From Bigelowiella natans CCMP2755 (Eukaryota > Protista > Cercozoa), in contig ADNK01000415.1 in the NCBI GenBank assembly GCA_000320545.1, forward strand, positions 1 through 64,000: DNA of 64,000 nucleotides, given 5' to 3'. The stretch's first letter is position 1. Each line of letters starts with the position of its first letter. The position numbers were made by a program, and so were the translations under genes. Positions 12,489 to 27,644 of this stretch are shown here, one piece after another. The notes beneath the pieces are model-generated. The model had not been told where the DNA came from and ran no database searches. It worked only from the letters and a program-made list of their open reading frames with translations.

Positions 12489-15400
12489 GACGAATACACC
12501 GCGCACGTATAGTCCGTCCGGTGCGAAAGACGTCGTCTCCAAATAGCTGGCTAAATCTAGCTCATCACCTTTTGCGCTTTGAGCAATTCTCCCTGTTTTC
12601 TTAAATCCGCAAGGTTGGTCCATTCCCATCGCTACCATTAATAAGAAGTATAAATGAAGAAGAAGAAGAAGAAGAAGAAGAAGAAGACGAGGAAGATGTA
12701 TATGTATAGCGTGCTGTTTGTGCTTTGTTTCTGGGGAGAAAGAGAGAGAGAGAGCGGAAAAGTAAGACGCAATCAGTAGCAGCAGCAGGAGGAGAGCAGC
12801 TTGTCGATATTAACAACAAGTGATTCTCTTATACGATGATGTGCGTTTGACCGGTAATGATGATGATGATGATGATGATGATAATCTCCATAATTAATGA
12901 AAACCATGCCGCAGGGCAAATCACATCCCATCGGTGAAAATATCAACGCAATAATGTAAATCGCATCCTTGACTGCCCATCTACTATTTCTGCTGTGATA
13001 TGCAATGCATAGCAGCGACTACCGGGAGATTCTTCAAACTCTTCAATCGCTCCTGAAACAATAACAACAACAACAACAAATAACGAGACAAACGATACAT
13101 GTAAGACCCCTTACAATCTATTCCAAACTCTACATCACAGCAGCAAAGAATGATGAAAATTTTTAGGTCATATAAAATTTTAGGTCATATTGCAGAAGCA
13201 ATGATACTCATGATCACAATGATAATGGTAATAATAGAAGTAATAATAGCAACAATGTGATTTCTAGAAGGATAACTTCCTTTCCACCCTTTTCTCCTTC
13301 CCGCCCCTCCGCAGTTTTTCTCTCCCAACACACACCAAACCAACACACAAACACACGATATATAACTTGTTTACATACAAGATTAAGCTTGAAGCCCATC
13401 CACTGCTGATTATCATCCTTCTTCGATTCAAATTGTGCAAGCCATACTGGCGGGTAGAGCCATCTCATGGTTAACCTCGTTAAGTCCGCCTTCACTGTGC
13501 GCGATTTGGCATCGAAGTATAGGTGAGGATGGGGATTCTGCCAGTAAGTAGAGAGGGTGAAGGGGGGGGGGGGGGAGGGAGTATTTAATTAATGATGTAT
13601 GGCCGTTGCAGCTGCTAATGATGATAACGATAGCGGTGATGATGAGGATCCGAAAACGACGATGTTGATTCATAGATTTGTCATCATTATCATCATCAGC
13701 ATCATATCCTCATCTCCATTATAGTTGCGAATTGGAACTCCTGCTACTTATCTCCCTCCTCCCCTCCCTCCTCCTCCTCCTCCTCATCATCATCATCAGT
13801 TCGATGATAACACTCACCCTCTGGAAACAGGACGCCAACATTTCCGCATTTATCTTCATGTCGGAGAGCATATATCGCTGCAACCCCTCCTATTTACATG
13901 TGCAAAGAAGAAGAAGAAGAAGAAGAAGAGATCATGATCGATATCTCTGTCTCTATGCAGCACATACCTAACCTAACCCCCGTTATCTGCGACAGATAAT
14001 GCTTCTACCGAGCTCCTTCTAATTCACGATTCTTTCACATACTAGTTTATTTGCGTGTTGTTGTGGTTGTAGTTGTTGTTGTTGCTGCTGCTGTTGTGTC
14101 AGGCTGCTGCTGTTAAATGAGTTGGATATCTAGACCTTAAGCTCCTCAACCGATGTCTCTTCCGACCCGCGCTCTAGCACAAACTCTCCAACAAGCTGCA
14201 CGGCGCGGAAGCTTTTGATGTCGAAGTCGTAGTAAATCTTATTATCTTCAATTTTGATCTTGATGTCCGGAAACATAATAGTGCCCTAAGCGTGTTTTAG
14301 AAACTTAACGCATACCACTTCAACAATACAGACAGTAGCATTTGAGCACCCCCCCCATTGTTCCCCGGCAAATACATTGTTAAATTGACTGAATGATGGA
14401 ACTTATCATCGTCAGATTTCGTCGCTAACTCTCTTTGTTGAAGTTTTTCTTGCATGCATCCTTAAACGGCGTAAAAATTGAAAACGCTCCTACCTTTGAG
14501 TACTCCACAGGTTTCCAGTACTTAACGACGACAACAAGTATTAAGTTCTCAGCAATGTGTCAAGCGAACGGTTTCATGCTCAAGCACTGTGATATTAATG
14601 TTTACTATCTTGCGATGCAATAGTTAATAGGGAAAGGCAGAATGTCTTTGAAATTGTTGATAATTGTACAAAATAGGTTGTTGAAGACTTGCTTGCATCA
14701 GCGTCCAGTATGTGTGCGTTTATGTTCGTGTGTGTTAAATCCCAAAATCCACAAACGTTCACACTGTTTCTCACGATTACTACAACGTTCTGATGCGTAG
14801 AAGTACCTTCTCAATGATATCAAACAAACCGTCTCTCACAATCCTCGATTGCACACTCGCCTCTTTCTCTCTCTTTGATACGGTCTGCACGCTAGACAGG
14901 AGTTTTAGTAGATATCGTTGCGTCGCAGCCCTGTCACCACCTCTGCTTCTCCCCTTCCTTCCTTTAGCACCTTTTGGAATTGAGGCGAAACTTCGGCGTC
15001 CTGTGTCCCCCCCCAAACTGGCTCGGGTGACTGATTGAAGTGGTAAAGGTGTGGTAGTTATATCGTTTTCACGATTGGCGATGTTCTTTGTAAGTAATGC
15101 AGGAACAGAATCATTTAATAATATTCCATTTATGTTTGATAGCATGCACGACAACCTGGCAACATTGGCGACCGCTGCAGTGACACTGACGGGGTGAGCG
15201 GGGAAGAGGACGTGAATGATGGTGACGGAGTGGCCCCCCTGAAAGCAAAACAAGATTAGAAACATGGCGATCCCATGCGCATAGCACGAAATCATCGTCA
15301 TTTGGGAACTGCTGCATCAAAATGAAGGCCAAAATGTTAAGAACATCAGTGGTTTCTACTCCAGCGTCTGGATAGATTTTCGGGAGCACCCTACCTGAGC

Positions 15401-15500
15401 TTGCTTATCAGCTTCGATGATCCGACGACCCGCTCTGTGCAATAGCTGTGCCGCTTCATCGCTGCCCGTAGAGAGCTCGACCCATTTGAACCCATACGCA
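12100..15500 (-). CDS. Upstream minus-strand exons, probably the N-terminal part of the Pet127-like gene (mitochondrial-presequence-like start), or a separate hypothetical gene
   Basis: Exon-like pieces bounded by AG/GT, e.g. MRMGSNGSSSLRAAMKRHSY...; ...GRRSFASIPKGAKGRK...DIIEK; ...RWLYPPVWLAQFESKK...; ...ELDLASYLETTSFAPDGLYVR. Basic, Ser/Arg-rich N-terminus. I could not resolve all splice phases. Confidence 0.4.
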
Positions 15501-16396
15501 TTTTTCTAAAAAAACCTCGTCGGGTTCTCCTTATGCTGCTGCTGCTTAGTTGCTCAGCTGGGTGGGGGATGCGGTAAGGTGCGGATGTGATGAGGTGCAG
15601 TGCGCAAGCAGATGGTGGCAATAAGGTTAAATTTATAGCCAGAAACTTCTGCAGAAGCGCGAATATTTTACCCGTAATAAACCGATTGACGTTGTGTGGA
15701 TTGCTCCCGCAAGTCTTCTCTCACTTTGGTATTTTTCCGGTCGAAAATAAAACATGCTCGTTCGGCGGCCTTCCGAGTGTTTCTAGTGTTTTTAAAATGA
15801 AAAGTACTAGGCAACTTTGCGATACAGAAACTTCCGAAATATTGTCCTGGAAATTACAAAAGATAAAAAACCATATTATCTTTCCCTTGCGTCATAGATA
15901 TATTGTTGTCGTAATTCTGAAACGCCATCAGAGATCGAGGTCCATGGCGTTCTCCTTCCTTAGTTACCCCGAGGTCCTACTTGGATAGAGGCGAGGCGTG
16001 CCACATCCATCTGGCTTTGTTCAAACAGCTATTTGGAAAAACAATAATGGGAGCTTGCTTTAGCAAGCTAAACCAAGACAAGGTTCCACTCACTCACTCG
16101 TTCACTCCATGCAATTAGTACACAACGCTGATGAGCAATGATGTCATCCAGAATGACACCGATCCGGGCTGTGATATCACCCGACTGGAGACCCAAAAGG
16201 CAAAGCGTGCGCCAGAAGGTATAGTTTCTCCTCTAATTACACATGATAACATGTCCGAAGTCACAGCAGCACGAAGTCTTCTTCTTCTTCTTCTTCTTCT
16301 TCTTCTTCTTCTATACTCAACAGCATCAATCAATCACTTGTTGATGATGCAGGAATACCCAATCAAAAACCGGCCGTTCAGCAACAACAGCGCCAG

Positions 16397-17255
16397 ATGT
16401 ACAGACCGAAAGATGGAAGCAATACAGAAACTGCTGGCAGTGAGAACCATGCCATGAATACAAATGGTGGATCAACGGGAAACGATGCAGATGGAAGCCA
16501 CCCGCCTCTCCCCTCAAAAACAGTGGTGCGAACAAACCAGGATCGACCCGATCTCGATATAACGACCATCAGTGATAGCAGTAGAGTTGTTAGAGAGCTC
16601 CAGTTCTCTACGCAATCCGAACTAAAGTCAGGGGACCCTACGAGCATTTACACGAGGCAGAGAAGAATTGCCGTAACCAATCTCGGCTTTGTTCATATTG
16701 CTACAGATAGAAAGGGGAAAAGGGTACTACCTTTCGCATCATTTTGTGTGTGTTTTCCTCATTTATATATATTATACATGCGAGATGCTGAAGAGTCCTA
16801 TTTTTCCCGAAAATATGAAGACGTAAGGGGGTGGTTGGTAAAATCATTATCAGTAGTAGCAGTGGGAGGAGGAGAAGTATATAATGCAGGTTTTTTTTCA
16901 ATATACCTACATACGTCCTGCTGCTGATATGTCCACCCTCGCCTATTCCAGGTAATTTTAAAGTCGTCACGCGCGGATCAGCGCCATTTAGAAAACCCCC
17001 GAGAGGAGATACGGATAATGCAGTTGATACGAGACAAGTGGAACCACCAGGATAAAAAGGTGTGGGGGGGGAAGAACGTAAACAAGTTATTACCGTCCGT
17101 GTTTCTGTGCGTGATACTTGTACTCCTGCATCAATATAACCAGATATTAGCTTAGTTTGAACGCCATTTTGTGACTAATCAGGATCAGGCTGGTGATAAA
17201 GACGAGCAAAAGGGTGCTGTAATTAATGGAGATCATCATTATCATCAGCAAGAGC

Positions 17256-17299
<44 letters not shown>

Positions 17300-18510
17300 C
17301 AACAACAACGCCATCCAGGAATAATAGATCTAGTAGAGGCCTATGAGAACAAAGGAATGGTTCATTCTGTGCTTGAGTATGCTGAAGGGGGAGACTTGTT
17401 TTACTACCTTATGGAAAGAAAGGTGATATATATATGCTTCTAATAGTGCATCAGTGATGATAATGGTGTGTTCTGTGGTATCTTTCCCCCTGGCCTCTCT
17501 TCGTACAAACGTATCCTCTCTTCTTCCTCATTTCACTGTCGTCTTCTTTTTATACGTGCATGTGCGCGTGTGCTTGTGCTGCGGTTATCCCTTCTCATTG
17601 TATCCCTAATTGGTGCGTGCGTGTGTGTGTGTGCATGTGTGTGTTTGAACTCAATAGACATTGAGCGAAGGGGAGGCCCGTGAGTTGTTCCGCCAGGTTT
17701 TATCGACGTTGGAGTTTATACACGCATCTTGTGGCTTGTGTCACCTCGATATCAGCCTCGAGGTAGGAGCAGCAGCAGCAATACTATTAGTAGTAGAAGT
17801 AGTAACATTAGTAGTAGCATATATAGTTTATGTAGAAGTAGAGTAGGATCAAGAGGAGGAGAAGGAGGTGGGTGGTGAAGGCTTGATTGCTCGATCGAGA
17901 AAACGAAGTAGAATAGACTCGCTGATCGCATGCGAGCACTCGTGTGCGTTCATGGCGTTACACTAACCTGCCATTCACCTTTGCCCCCCCCCCCCCCCCC
18001 CCTTGTTCCTGTGATCAGAATATCTTGCTGTCACAAGATCGCAAACAAGCGAAGCTGTGCGATTTCGGTGCGGCACGTGAGATCGTCTTTGATGCGGAAG
18101 GGAAGGAACGTGAGTTCTCGTGCAAATCGCACGGCACTCCGGGCAAGGTAGGCTACATGGCCCCCGAGATCTTCGCCGCTACAATCTTCAATGGGCGCTT
18201 AGCCGACATATTCTCACTAGGAGTGTGCTTGTTCATGGTACTAACCGGTAAGCCGCCATTCTTCAAGCCGGGGCCTATCTGCAAGTACTTTCGATTCCTG
18301 AAGAATCACGGCATTGCGCCCATCGTGAAACACTATGCGGTGGGGCTGAGCGACGACGCCATCGACCTGCTCACGCGAATGATACATCCAGACGCAACGC
18401 AACGGTTCGCCTCCGTCAAGGATATTCTCGATCACAAATGGTTTGTGACGACAGATGAAAAGAATGACGATGATGATAATGATGATGATGATGATGATAA
18501 TGCTAAATGA
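16397..18510 (+). CDS. Ser/Thr protein kinase (CAMK-like, HxDxSLEN catalytic loop), at least 5 exons; true start uncertain
   Basis: Spliced motifs VILK, ENPREEIRIM, HPGIIDLVEAY, VLEYAEGGDLF, HLDISLE|NILL, KLCDFG, GKVGYMAPE, ADIFSLGV. Introns approximately 16724-16951, 17060-17190, 17423-17657 and 17763-18019. Confidence 0.9.
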
Positions 18511-18649
18511 CTACCGTAGCAGACAAATAAATTCCGGCACGGAATGGGGTATTATAGACCCTGGTGACCGATAGCTATTCGATATTCTATCTCTTAGATC
18601 GAATTATTAAAAATTAATGCGTTTTACAAATTGCTCGTATTTTATGAAG

Positions 18650-19400
18650 CCTAGCTAGAAGCATTTTAGCTCACGATGCATGTTTTACATTTTAATTAGT
18701 ACCTTACCAAAGAGTAATCTATGGTTATCCATACAACCAAGACAATGTTGGCTCATCTCTTTGCTGCGTCGCATGTCAGCATGAAATTAAAGCGTACACG
18801 TGCTTTGGCCATGAATCTGTAACACAAAGCATCATCTCATATGCAGCTAGCATTATTAGCATGCACGTGCCGTTAGCATGTAGAGTTGTTAGCGCGTCAA
18901 TCGAGGCATTCCCGTACGTCGTTGTACGCAAATATGTAGTTATAGTACGTACAGGCATCGCGGACATCATAATCTAGACTAGTCTAGTAGTACATAGATA
19001 ACAACTTAAGCGCTGTAGCCGCTGCTCTGCATACCTGCTACATCTACATCCGTCTCCCATAGATGATAGCTCGCATCGAACTGTCCCTTAGCAGGCACAC
19101 TACATATAGCTAGATAGCGGCGAGTCATTATTGCATCTGCACGTGCATTCCGTGACATTGTCTAGCAAACTGTTTGTAGGGTTGTGGGTGACACAGACTG
19201 ATGCGATTGCACAGATGATACAAGCTATACAATGTAGGATGTAGTGCTAGCTAGATGCACATGCATGTCCGCCGGCCTATGGATCGTCGTTGCTGGACAG
19301 CGTTGGGTCAATCTGTGTAAACGTACGCGTGCAAATGTGTACACGTCCAGATATCTTTCTATGTGTGTTTGCATGATTTACTTTAACAACGCTCTCGCAA
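18650..19400. other. CTAG/TGCA/CATG-rich zone between convergent kinase and COG8-gene 3' ends
   Basis: tctagactagtctagtag, gctagctagatgcacatgcatg and similar words; non-coding. Confidence 0.6.
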
Positions 19401-19471
19401 TGCAGCCGTGAGTAGGCCGACTGGAAAGAATCCGGTGTCTTGAATTATACACAGCTTAACGCATTGTTGTT

Positions 19472-20145
19472 TCACTTGGGTACAACTTGGAATCGGTAGT
19501 ACACAACACGCGCTATATCCCAAAACAAAGGCCAAGTAACAGCTCCATCCATTTGCTTGAAGTCAGGAGCAGTATTCCCAGTTGTAGAGCTGCTGTCCGC
19601 CATCGAGTTGACGTACACGAAGTTCTCGATGAGCGTCGATAAAAAGGATTTAGGAAACGACACTGCAGCGTCCAGTTCCGCACTCAGGCTGCACACAGAT
19701 CGAGCACCAGGATGCCAAGGAGGTGAGAGACGGAGAATCAAAGGGAGAAGGTTAGTATATACGGATAGCAAATGGGTTTAGATATCATCACTTCACACCA
19801 CATAGAACTGGTACGAATAATGACATATTTCATACAAGCGATGAATATTGTTTCGCCGTACACACCTTAAATGACCATCATTTTCTGTCCTAAAAAGGTC
19901 ATCAACACAGATGACATCCCCCTTGCTGCTGCTCCCATCGGCTGCCTTTTCCAGAAGCAGCAGGCATGCAGAGGCCAGGGCAGCTTCATCGACTTCGAAC
20001 ATAACATCCTTCCTCAATGCCTGGGATAGAGAATGCATGTTAGTTTAAACTGCAGCTGTTTTGGGGTTACTCGATTATAGAGAGAGGAGGAAGAGGAGGG
20101 GGAGAGGCTAATATGCTTGTCATGCACACAAATACTGTATCTTTC

Positions 20146-20187
<42 letters not shown>

Positions 20188-21081
20188 ACAAGCATTTTGT
20201 AGATCTACACAGCATGGAATGAGCGCTAGATAACCTTCTTAAACTGCTCCATATTTATCATTATCCGCGTCTTTTCTTGCTTTGTCTCGAGTTCCTTCCC
20301 TCCCTCTTCGCTCGCACCAGAGTTGTTGCCACCCTCTTCTGTTTTTTCCTTCTCCCCTTCTTTATCATCATCATCATCATCACCACCAGCAGCAGCAGCA
20401 GCGTCTTCTCCTCCTCCTCCTCCTCCTCCTCCTCCTCCTCCTCCTTCAGCCTGCTCCTTGCTTTCCTTGCCGTCCTTTTTTGTTTCTTCTTCTTCTTCTC
20501 CTTCTTTTTCTTCTTTTCCTTCTCCTGACTCTTGCTTCCTCATGCCTGGCTTTGCTTTTTCCGCATCTTCTTGTTTGCTGCACTTTGGCACGATGCGATC
20601 ACGAATGGCCTGTGCTTTCGCAGGGAACGACGTCAATATGAAATCCATGACGTGTTTCTGATTTCAGCAGATATGGTGAAAGCAGATGTCAGTGTAAGCT
20701 GATAGAGAGATGGTGAAAGTGTGGATTTGATGTGTGTGTGTCTCTGTGTGTGTGTGTGTGTGTGCGTGTGTGAGTGAGTGTCAATGTGTTGTCTCATATT
20801 ATTAATAATATTATCATTATTATTACTATTATCACTATTCGCATGAATCTCCTTGTTCTCCACACCTTTTCTATGCAACGACTGCTAGTGCTGCCGCCGA
20901 TGTTGCTTTTGGAATGTTTTTGCGACAAGCTATCGAATGTCGCTTTGAGTTGGCTTTGCTGCAATGGTGGCAAGGAACTGCTTCGAATACCTTTCTCCAC
21001 ATCTAAGCATCACCACACATCAAAGATAACAACAACAAAAGAACAAATATCATCAACATAAAAGTGAGAATTACTAAAACA

Positions 21082-21139
<58 letters not shown>

Positions 21140-21206
21140 GGGGGGGGGGGGGGAGAGAAGAAGGGGGCTAGAGTAAGAATACTATCGAGCACCCTAATAA
21201 TGCTGC

Positions 21207-21238
<32 letters not shown>

Positions 21239-21399
21239 ATTATTTTGCAGCTTATTACCTGCTAGTTGGTCACGGGTAAAGCGTCTCTTCGCTTCTATTT
21301 CCCTCGCCGTTTTTTCTCTCTTTTGCCGCTCTCTTCTCTCCGCCAATGCAGCCTCCCGAGCAAGCCGTAATCTCTCCTCCTGCATTGGTGATTAGTGAG

Positions 21400-21445
<46 letters not shown>

Positions 21446-21676
21446 AACTGAAAGAATGAAGAGCTAATATACATATTTCCCCGTTGTTCGGCGCTCGGGA
21501 GAAATCATCTAATTGTCACGCTTATGCTTGGGGGGAGACGACTTTCGTGCTATGGCTGCTGCTGCTGCTGCTTCTCGTGGTGGTGGTAGTGGGTGGTGGT
21601 AGTGTGCATATGTGCGAGACCTGCGCTTTACGGATCTCACGGCATCTTTTTCGGAGTCCCTTTTCGTCGAAGACTT

Positions 21677-21718
<42 letters not shown>

Positions 21719-22423
21719 GAGGAAGGGAGGAAGGGAGGAAGGGAGAGAATGTTATGGCTAGTTATGCATGTTTTCGATGGTTTCGATGAATTCGATGACC
21801 GATGCAAATTTCCCACGGATATAGAAGAAAGCCATACAAACAAATGGATATATCTTCTACGCTGCCAAGTCAATCATGGTTGCGCATAGATTCTGCGCTG
21901 TTAAGCAGCCCATCCACAAGAATATTGAATGTGTAGGTTTTTCCCTAACAGAAAGAAGCTGTGCGGCACCTTCGATCGCGTCGTCGATATGAGCCATATT
22001 AGGACCAAACGCTCCCTCATTACTACTAGGATGGTTTTTGACGTTGGATTGTTTCTGCGCGTCCTTCGACTCTTTCTGCTGCTGCTGTTGTTGCTGTGAT
22101 ATCGATCGTCTATTTCCAATGAATAGCCGTCGTAGTTGGCCATGTAGGTACGGTAGTAAACACGTCTCGAAGGTCTCTAGCATCTTCACCATCACTCCAC
22201 CGCTACTAACCCCCCCTCCTTTGACCCCTCCCCTCTTTTTCTTCTTACTCCTAGCCTTATCCGTTTGCACATTTTGGTCTCCATTATCACCACCATCATC
22301 ATCGTCGAGGATTGATTGGTCATCATCATGCGAGTAGAGTGACGGGGCTTGGGCTGCATCCGAGAGCTCCGACAAAGCGTCGTTAAGGCTGACAATGATG
22401 ACGATGATGATGATGCAATTCAT

Positions 22424-22458
<35 letters not shown>

Positions 22459-22912
22459 TATTTATTTATTTAGAATATGTTGTTTTGAATGTCGGGGTAT
22501 GCGTTTGTGTGTGTTGTGTACGTCCTTGCTGTTGCTATTACAACTAATACCGGATTCCAACCAATCGACCAATTCTTGATTTGGTTTGGATCGGGGTACA
22601 ATGCCGGAGAGAGTTGAAGGCAACGATGATCTGTGGTAAAGGAGGAGGGATGGTAAGACAAACACGCATCGGCGACACCCTCTCTCCCAGCTCAGTGAGT
22701 AAACACGACGATGACGACGAAGAACAGAGAGCAACATCGAACACTACTACCGCTGCTACTACTACCGAGTTTGAAAGACAGGCTAACGGCGGAAAACAGA
22801 CAATCTTCGCAACTCTGCTTTCATCATCCTCCTCATCCTCCTCCTTCGAGTCATCGCTAGGCCCTTGTCCTGATCACGACGAGGAGAGGAGTGGGAGAGC
22901 AAGATATTATCA

Positions 22913-22952
<40 letters not shown>

Positions 22953-23702
22953 TCGGAAAAGATAATCATGCAATTCTATGTACACACACTTTACTATGAT
23001 AGTATTACAATATATGCGGGATGGGTCGCGTTTAAATCAGCATAGTACTTTAAGAGGTGACTCAAAATGGCAAAATGATAATAGCGAGTTATTATTATCC
23101 ACCACCACCACCACCTGTCATCGCCTTAATTCCTCCTTCTCCTCCTCCTCCTCCTCCTCCTTCAGCGACTAGTCCAAGCTTCTTCAGCTCTTGCTTGGTA
23201 TAGTACCAGTTGTGCTCCTTTAAGCTTTGAAGCAGCGCCTTAGATCCCGAGTGTAGTTGTCTAATATCAGAAAAGAAACGAGGCATTCACGGGAGAAGAA
23301 GTGGGTTAATTGATAAGGTTGGCGGTTGTTGATGGTGGTGGTGGTGATGATGATGATGATGGCGCATTCTCTTCGCTAAGTTTCAGAGTTTCCGATTTCT
23401 TCGAAGTTACTTGTAGTTCTTTCGATCTCAATTATGTACTTGTTGTCGCTGTTATTCTCTTCAATTTTTCTTTTTTTTTAAATTTTCTCTCTCTCTCTCT
23501 CTCTCTCTCTTGTTTCTTTCTAACAAAGTTAGGAGTAGTACTCCTGGAATATCTGCACGATTCTGTCCACTAGAATAGACCCCATCGCCGCTCTAAAGTC
23601 GACACCAACTCTGCAGAGTATGGTGCCACAACAACACACGCCAAGGATGTGAGAGTCTCCCATTCATTCAATGAGCTTCGTTTCGGGGAAGAACATAAAT
23701 AG

Positions 23703-23753
<51 letters not shown>

Positions 23754-24172
23754 GTGTTATAGGTCGAAGCATTGGATAGACGAAAGGAACAAAGGAGGCA
23801 AGTTATCAACGTTAAATTACCGAAGTAGCGACAAACCGCAGTACCTACGCATACAACACAAACAACACACTCAATCCCCAATTCCGAGAGGCAAAAACGC
23901 ACACACGGAAAGGCGGAGGGAAGGACAAGAAGGTGTTGGTATCTGGCTGCTGAGGCCTCTACAGGAACAGATAAAGGAAATGATGCGTGTTTCTGTGTTA
24001 CGTAATCAAAACAAGCATGTTTGGTTGTGGACGAATATGCGTGTATTGCTCATATATCTAGCACGTACATGCATATGCGTGTATTGTTCATATCTAGCAC
24101 GTACATGCATTGGTCTAGAATGTTCCCGATATAAGCTACTTCAGATATCAGCTCCACGCTCCTACCATGACA

Positions 24173-24225
<53 letters not shown>

Positions 24226-24843
24226 AGAGCTGCTTTTGGTATGGATGATGTTGCATATTTGCATGTAAACAAACAAAAAAACGACGAATAAACACACACG
24301 CGCATACATACCACTGCTGCTACTGCTACTACTACTACTACTACTACTACTAATGATAATAATACTACGGCTGCTCATAAAAGTGCTGTGACTTACCTTT
24401 TCAATGTTGCTTGGATTTCGAGTACATGGCCATTCACCCAATAGGCGACCAAATCGCCCCCATCGTCATCGTTATCATCGTCATCACCATCGGCATACTG
24501 TTTTCGCTCACCTTTCTTGTTGTCCACACTGCTGTTGCTGCTGCTGGCAGTGTTGGGGATAGTTGATGTCCGGAAGAGCTTCTTATCTGAAGGGAGGAAT
24601 ATTGCCCTGTACTGGTGCAGAATCTCGAAGATGTGCTGCCTGTTAAATTGAGTAGTAGGTCGTTGCAGTGGAGATATCATCAGAGAACAAAACTACATTT
24701 TCTCTCCCCACATTCCTCTTTACTGTTTTGGATTGGATTGGGTTTTCATTTGGACATTGCAATGCATACTCGAAGGTCGGTAGAGAGGCGATGAGCAACA
24801 AAATACGTCTTTAAGAAGGCATTTTACCATGGTGCAAATAAAA

Positions 24844-24882
<39 letters not shown>

Positions 24883-25298
24883 GTATTTCGATATTATTAC
24901 CTTGTGAAATCGAGATACCGTGTGATGAACTCATACGGCGACTCGTCTATCAATCACCACCAATATTATGTCAGGGGGGGGGGGGAGGGGAGAGGTAGGA
25001 TGTAGCCAGAGGAGAGAGAACAGGATGATTAACAGAAGCCACAAACGACATTCACGACTTTTTCTTCTTCTTCTTCTTCTTTCTTTTTTTTTACCAGGCG
25101 GCATCGATGCTAGTTGCCTTGTGAGTGATATGTCTCTACTCCGAAGGAACTTATGACGATTGAATGATGATGTTGGAAAACAAACAGAAGGACGATGAGA
25201 ATAATAATAGTGACGGTAAGAAACAAGAAGAAATCTATCATATCACCAATGGCAAGAATTTGGAAGCACATGCAAAATCGCCCAAGTTGGGGTGATGG

Positions 25299-25333
<35 letters not shown>

Positions 25334-26294
25334 CCAACCTGTGCTCTCAGTCGGCCTTCAGAGAATCCACCGACGCGCCGCAAATAGCTGCGTTCAAGAT
25401 AACAAAATTTGGAGAGGGAGGGGGGAGGGGAGGGAAACCGGGGTGATTTCGTCATAAATCGGGTTATTCTCTAAATGAGAACATCTTTCCGAGTATTATC
25501 AGCAAATCTATGCTGCTGTTTGTTTACTCGGTCACAGTACTACTACGTTACGAGGGGCATTTGGGGGTGTGTCAAATGCCATACACCAGCCCTTTTCATC
25601 GTTGTCTTCTTCTTCTTCGTCAATCATCATCATCATCATTACAGCAATCTAGCAACATACTACTACTACTACTACCACCACCACCACCACTACTACTACT
25701 ACTAGTAGTACCCTATTATCTTGAGGCACAGTGGTAAGCTCAGTTTACCCTCCTAATAGTATACATCCGATCGAAAACATCAACGGCATATCAATCAATA
25801 TGTTGTTGCGACGACGACGATGATGATGATGACGGTGAAGAAGATGATGATGACAAAATGAGAGTCTTAGAAACCACGATTTACAAACCATCATTGTTTG
25901 AAGTCATCATCCTCATCATCACCACCGCCACCACCGGCAGCAGCAGCAGCAGCAGCACAACGCTAAGTAATTACCAGCATCCTGAGGAATCGTTCTACCA
26001 CAATTTTCATCGTGGAGCGTGTCTGCTCAGAAATGTCGGCCAATACCGCCACGTCTGGGTAGCGTCTAGAGTAGAGAACAAGAGAATACCGGTGATGGGA
26101 ACGATTGTTGGCATGGTGAGAGAGTAGTATAAACCAACGAAAGAACAACGATGACCTTCTTTTTTTTTAATGTGTGGTTGTATCTGTTTGTCGCTGTATT
26201 ATATCTTACTCCACCGTCGCACCTTTGGAGGGCTCGCACAAGTGCTTCCAGGCCCAAGGCCTCCTCATACATTTCTTGACAATATTATCAACAG

Positions 26295-26331
<37 letters not shown>

Positions 26332-26744
26332 CATGCTTTAGCTAGCATCGATATATCGGCATCAACATCCATTAATGATAACTGCTACTGCTATCATTAC
26401 GCTCGGTTGATGTCTTTGTACCTACACGCGCACAAGAATTGATTAGTTGGGGGATTTCCAGAATTTCCAGCAATTGGTACTGATTCTGAAGCATTATGTA
26501 TTCACAATAACTTGCAGTCATTTTCGTGATCATAAGCGGAAACGACGAGGAGAGTGTGTGAGGCGGGCCTATTTGTATGCGTTTCCCATATTCGCTACTA
26601 CTACTCCTACTACTCCTACTACTCCTACTTGAAAGTAATATCAAAAGTCAATCATCACCTGAATCATGAGGCTGGTCAATCTGCGTTTTTTCCGTATCTT
26701 AGATGCTTCTGTTTCGAAGTCCTCACACCTGACGTCAAGTTTCA

Positions 26745-26830
<86 letters not shown>

Positions 26831-27599
26831 CACGTCCGTAAGCAAGGTCATATGTGGAAACTATTAACGGAGATCGATTGATTGAACATCATTCTCACTG
26901 ACTTTTGGATGAGGTCCGGCATCGTCTCTTGAATACCGCGTAGACTTTCCGACATCGTGCAAAACTAATTTCATTCGGGTGATTGACGGCACGCTTTTAG
27001 AACAATGTAACAAGCAGATGATGCTTTGTTCCTTTGCCGTGTCATCGATTATCAGTGTTTTCGTTCAGATTTCGGAATCCGATTAGGAACATTATACATG
27101 TCACTGTTTCTCGTTGTGTAGTTCTCAAGCGGTCTTACTCCATACAATCGTCACCAACCCTCTTTTTTGGTTGAGTCAGCAAGGTACTATGTTGATGTAT
27201 GTAAACATGTGCATTGCTGCTTGTTTTGACTTATATATATATATATATATATATATGACTACCGAGTCTTTGGTTGACCGAATACACTGGGAACCGTGCA
27301 GGAAACTGCAACAAATAACAAACACGTGTTTAGTGCTTTCTGTGCAAACACACACACACACACACACACGCGCGCGCACATGCACACCAAAATCACCACC
27401 ACCACCACCACCGCATATTGCCTTCTTTTGCTCAATCTTCTTGTCAGATCATGTACCTATCGTAGTTCTCAGTCGCCAGTCGTTGCATCTCCCCATCTAC
27501 TCTTTGCAAAGATGATTCTAGATGTGCGGGTTCCTACCATATTGTCAATTTAGTCTTACTTCTTCCTGCTATGATTCTTTTTCCTCGTTTCATGTAATA

Positions 27600-27644
<45 letters not shown>

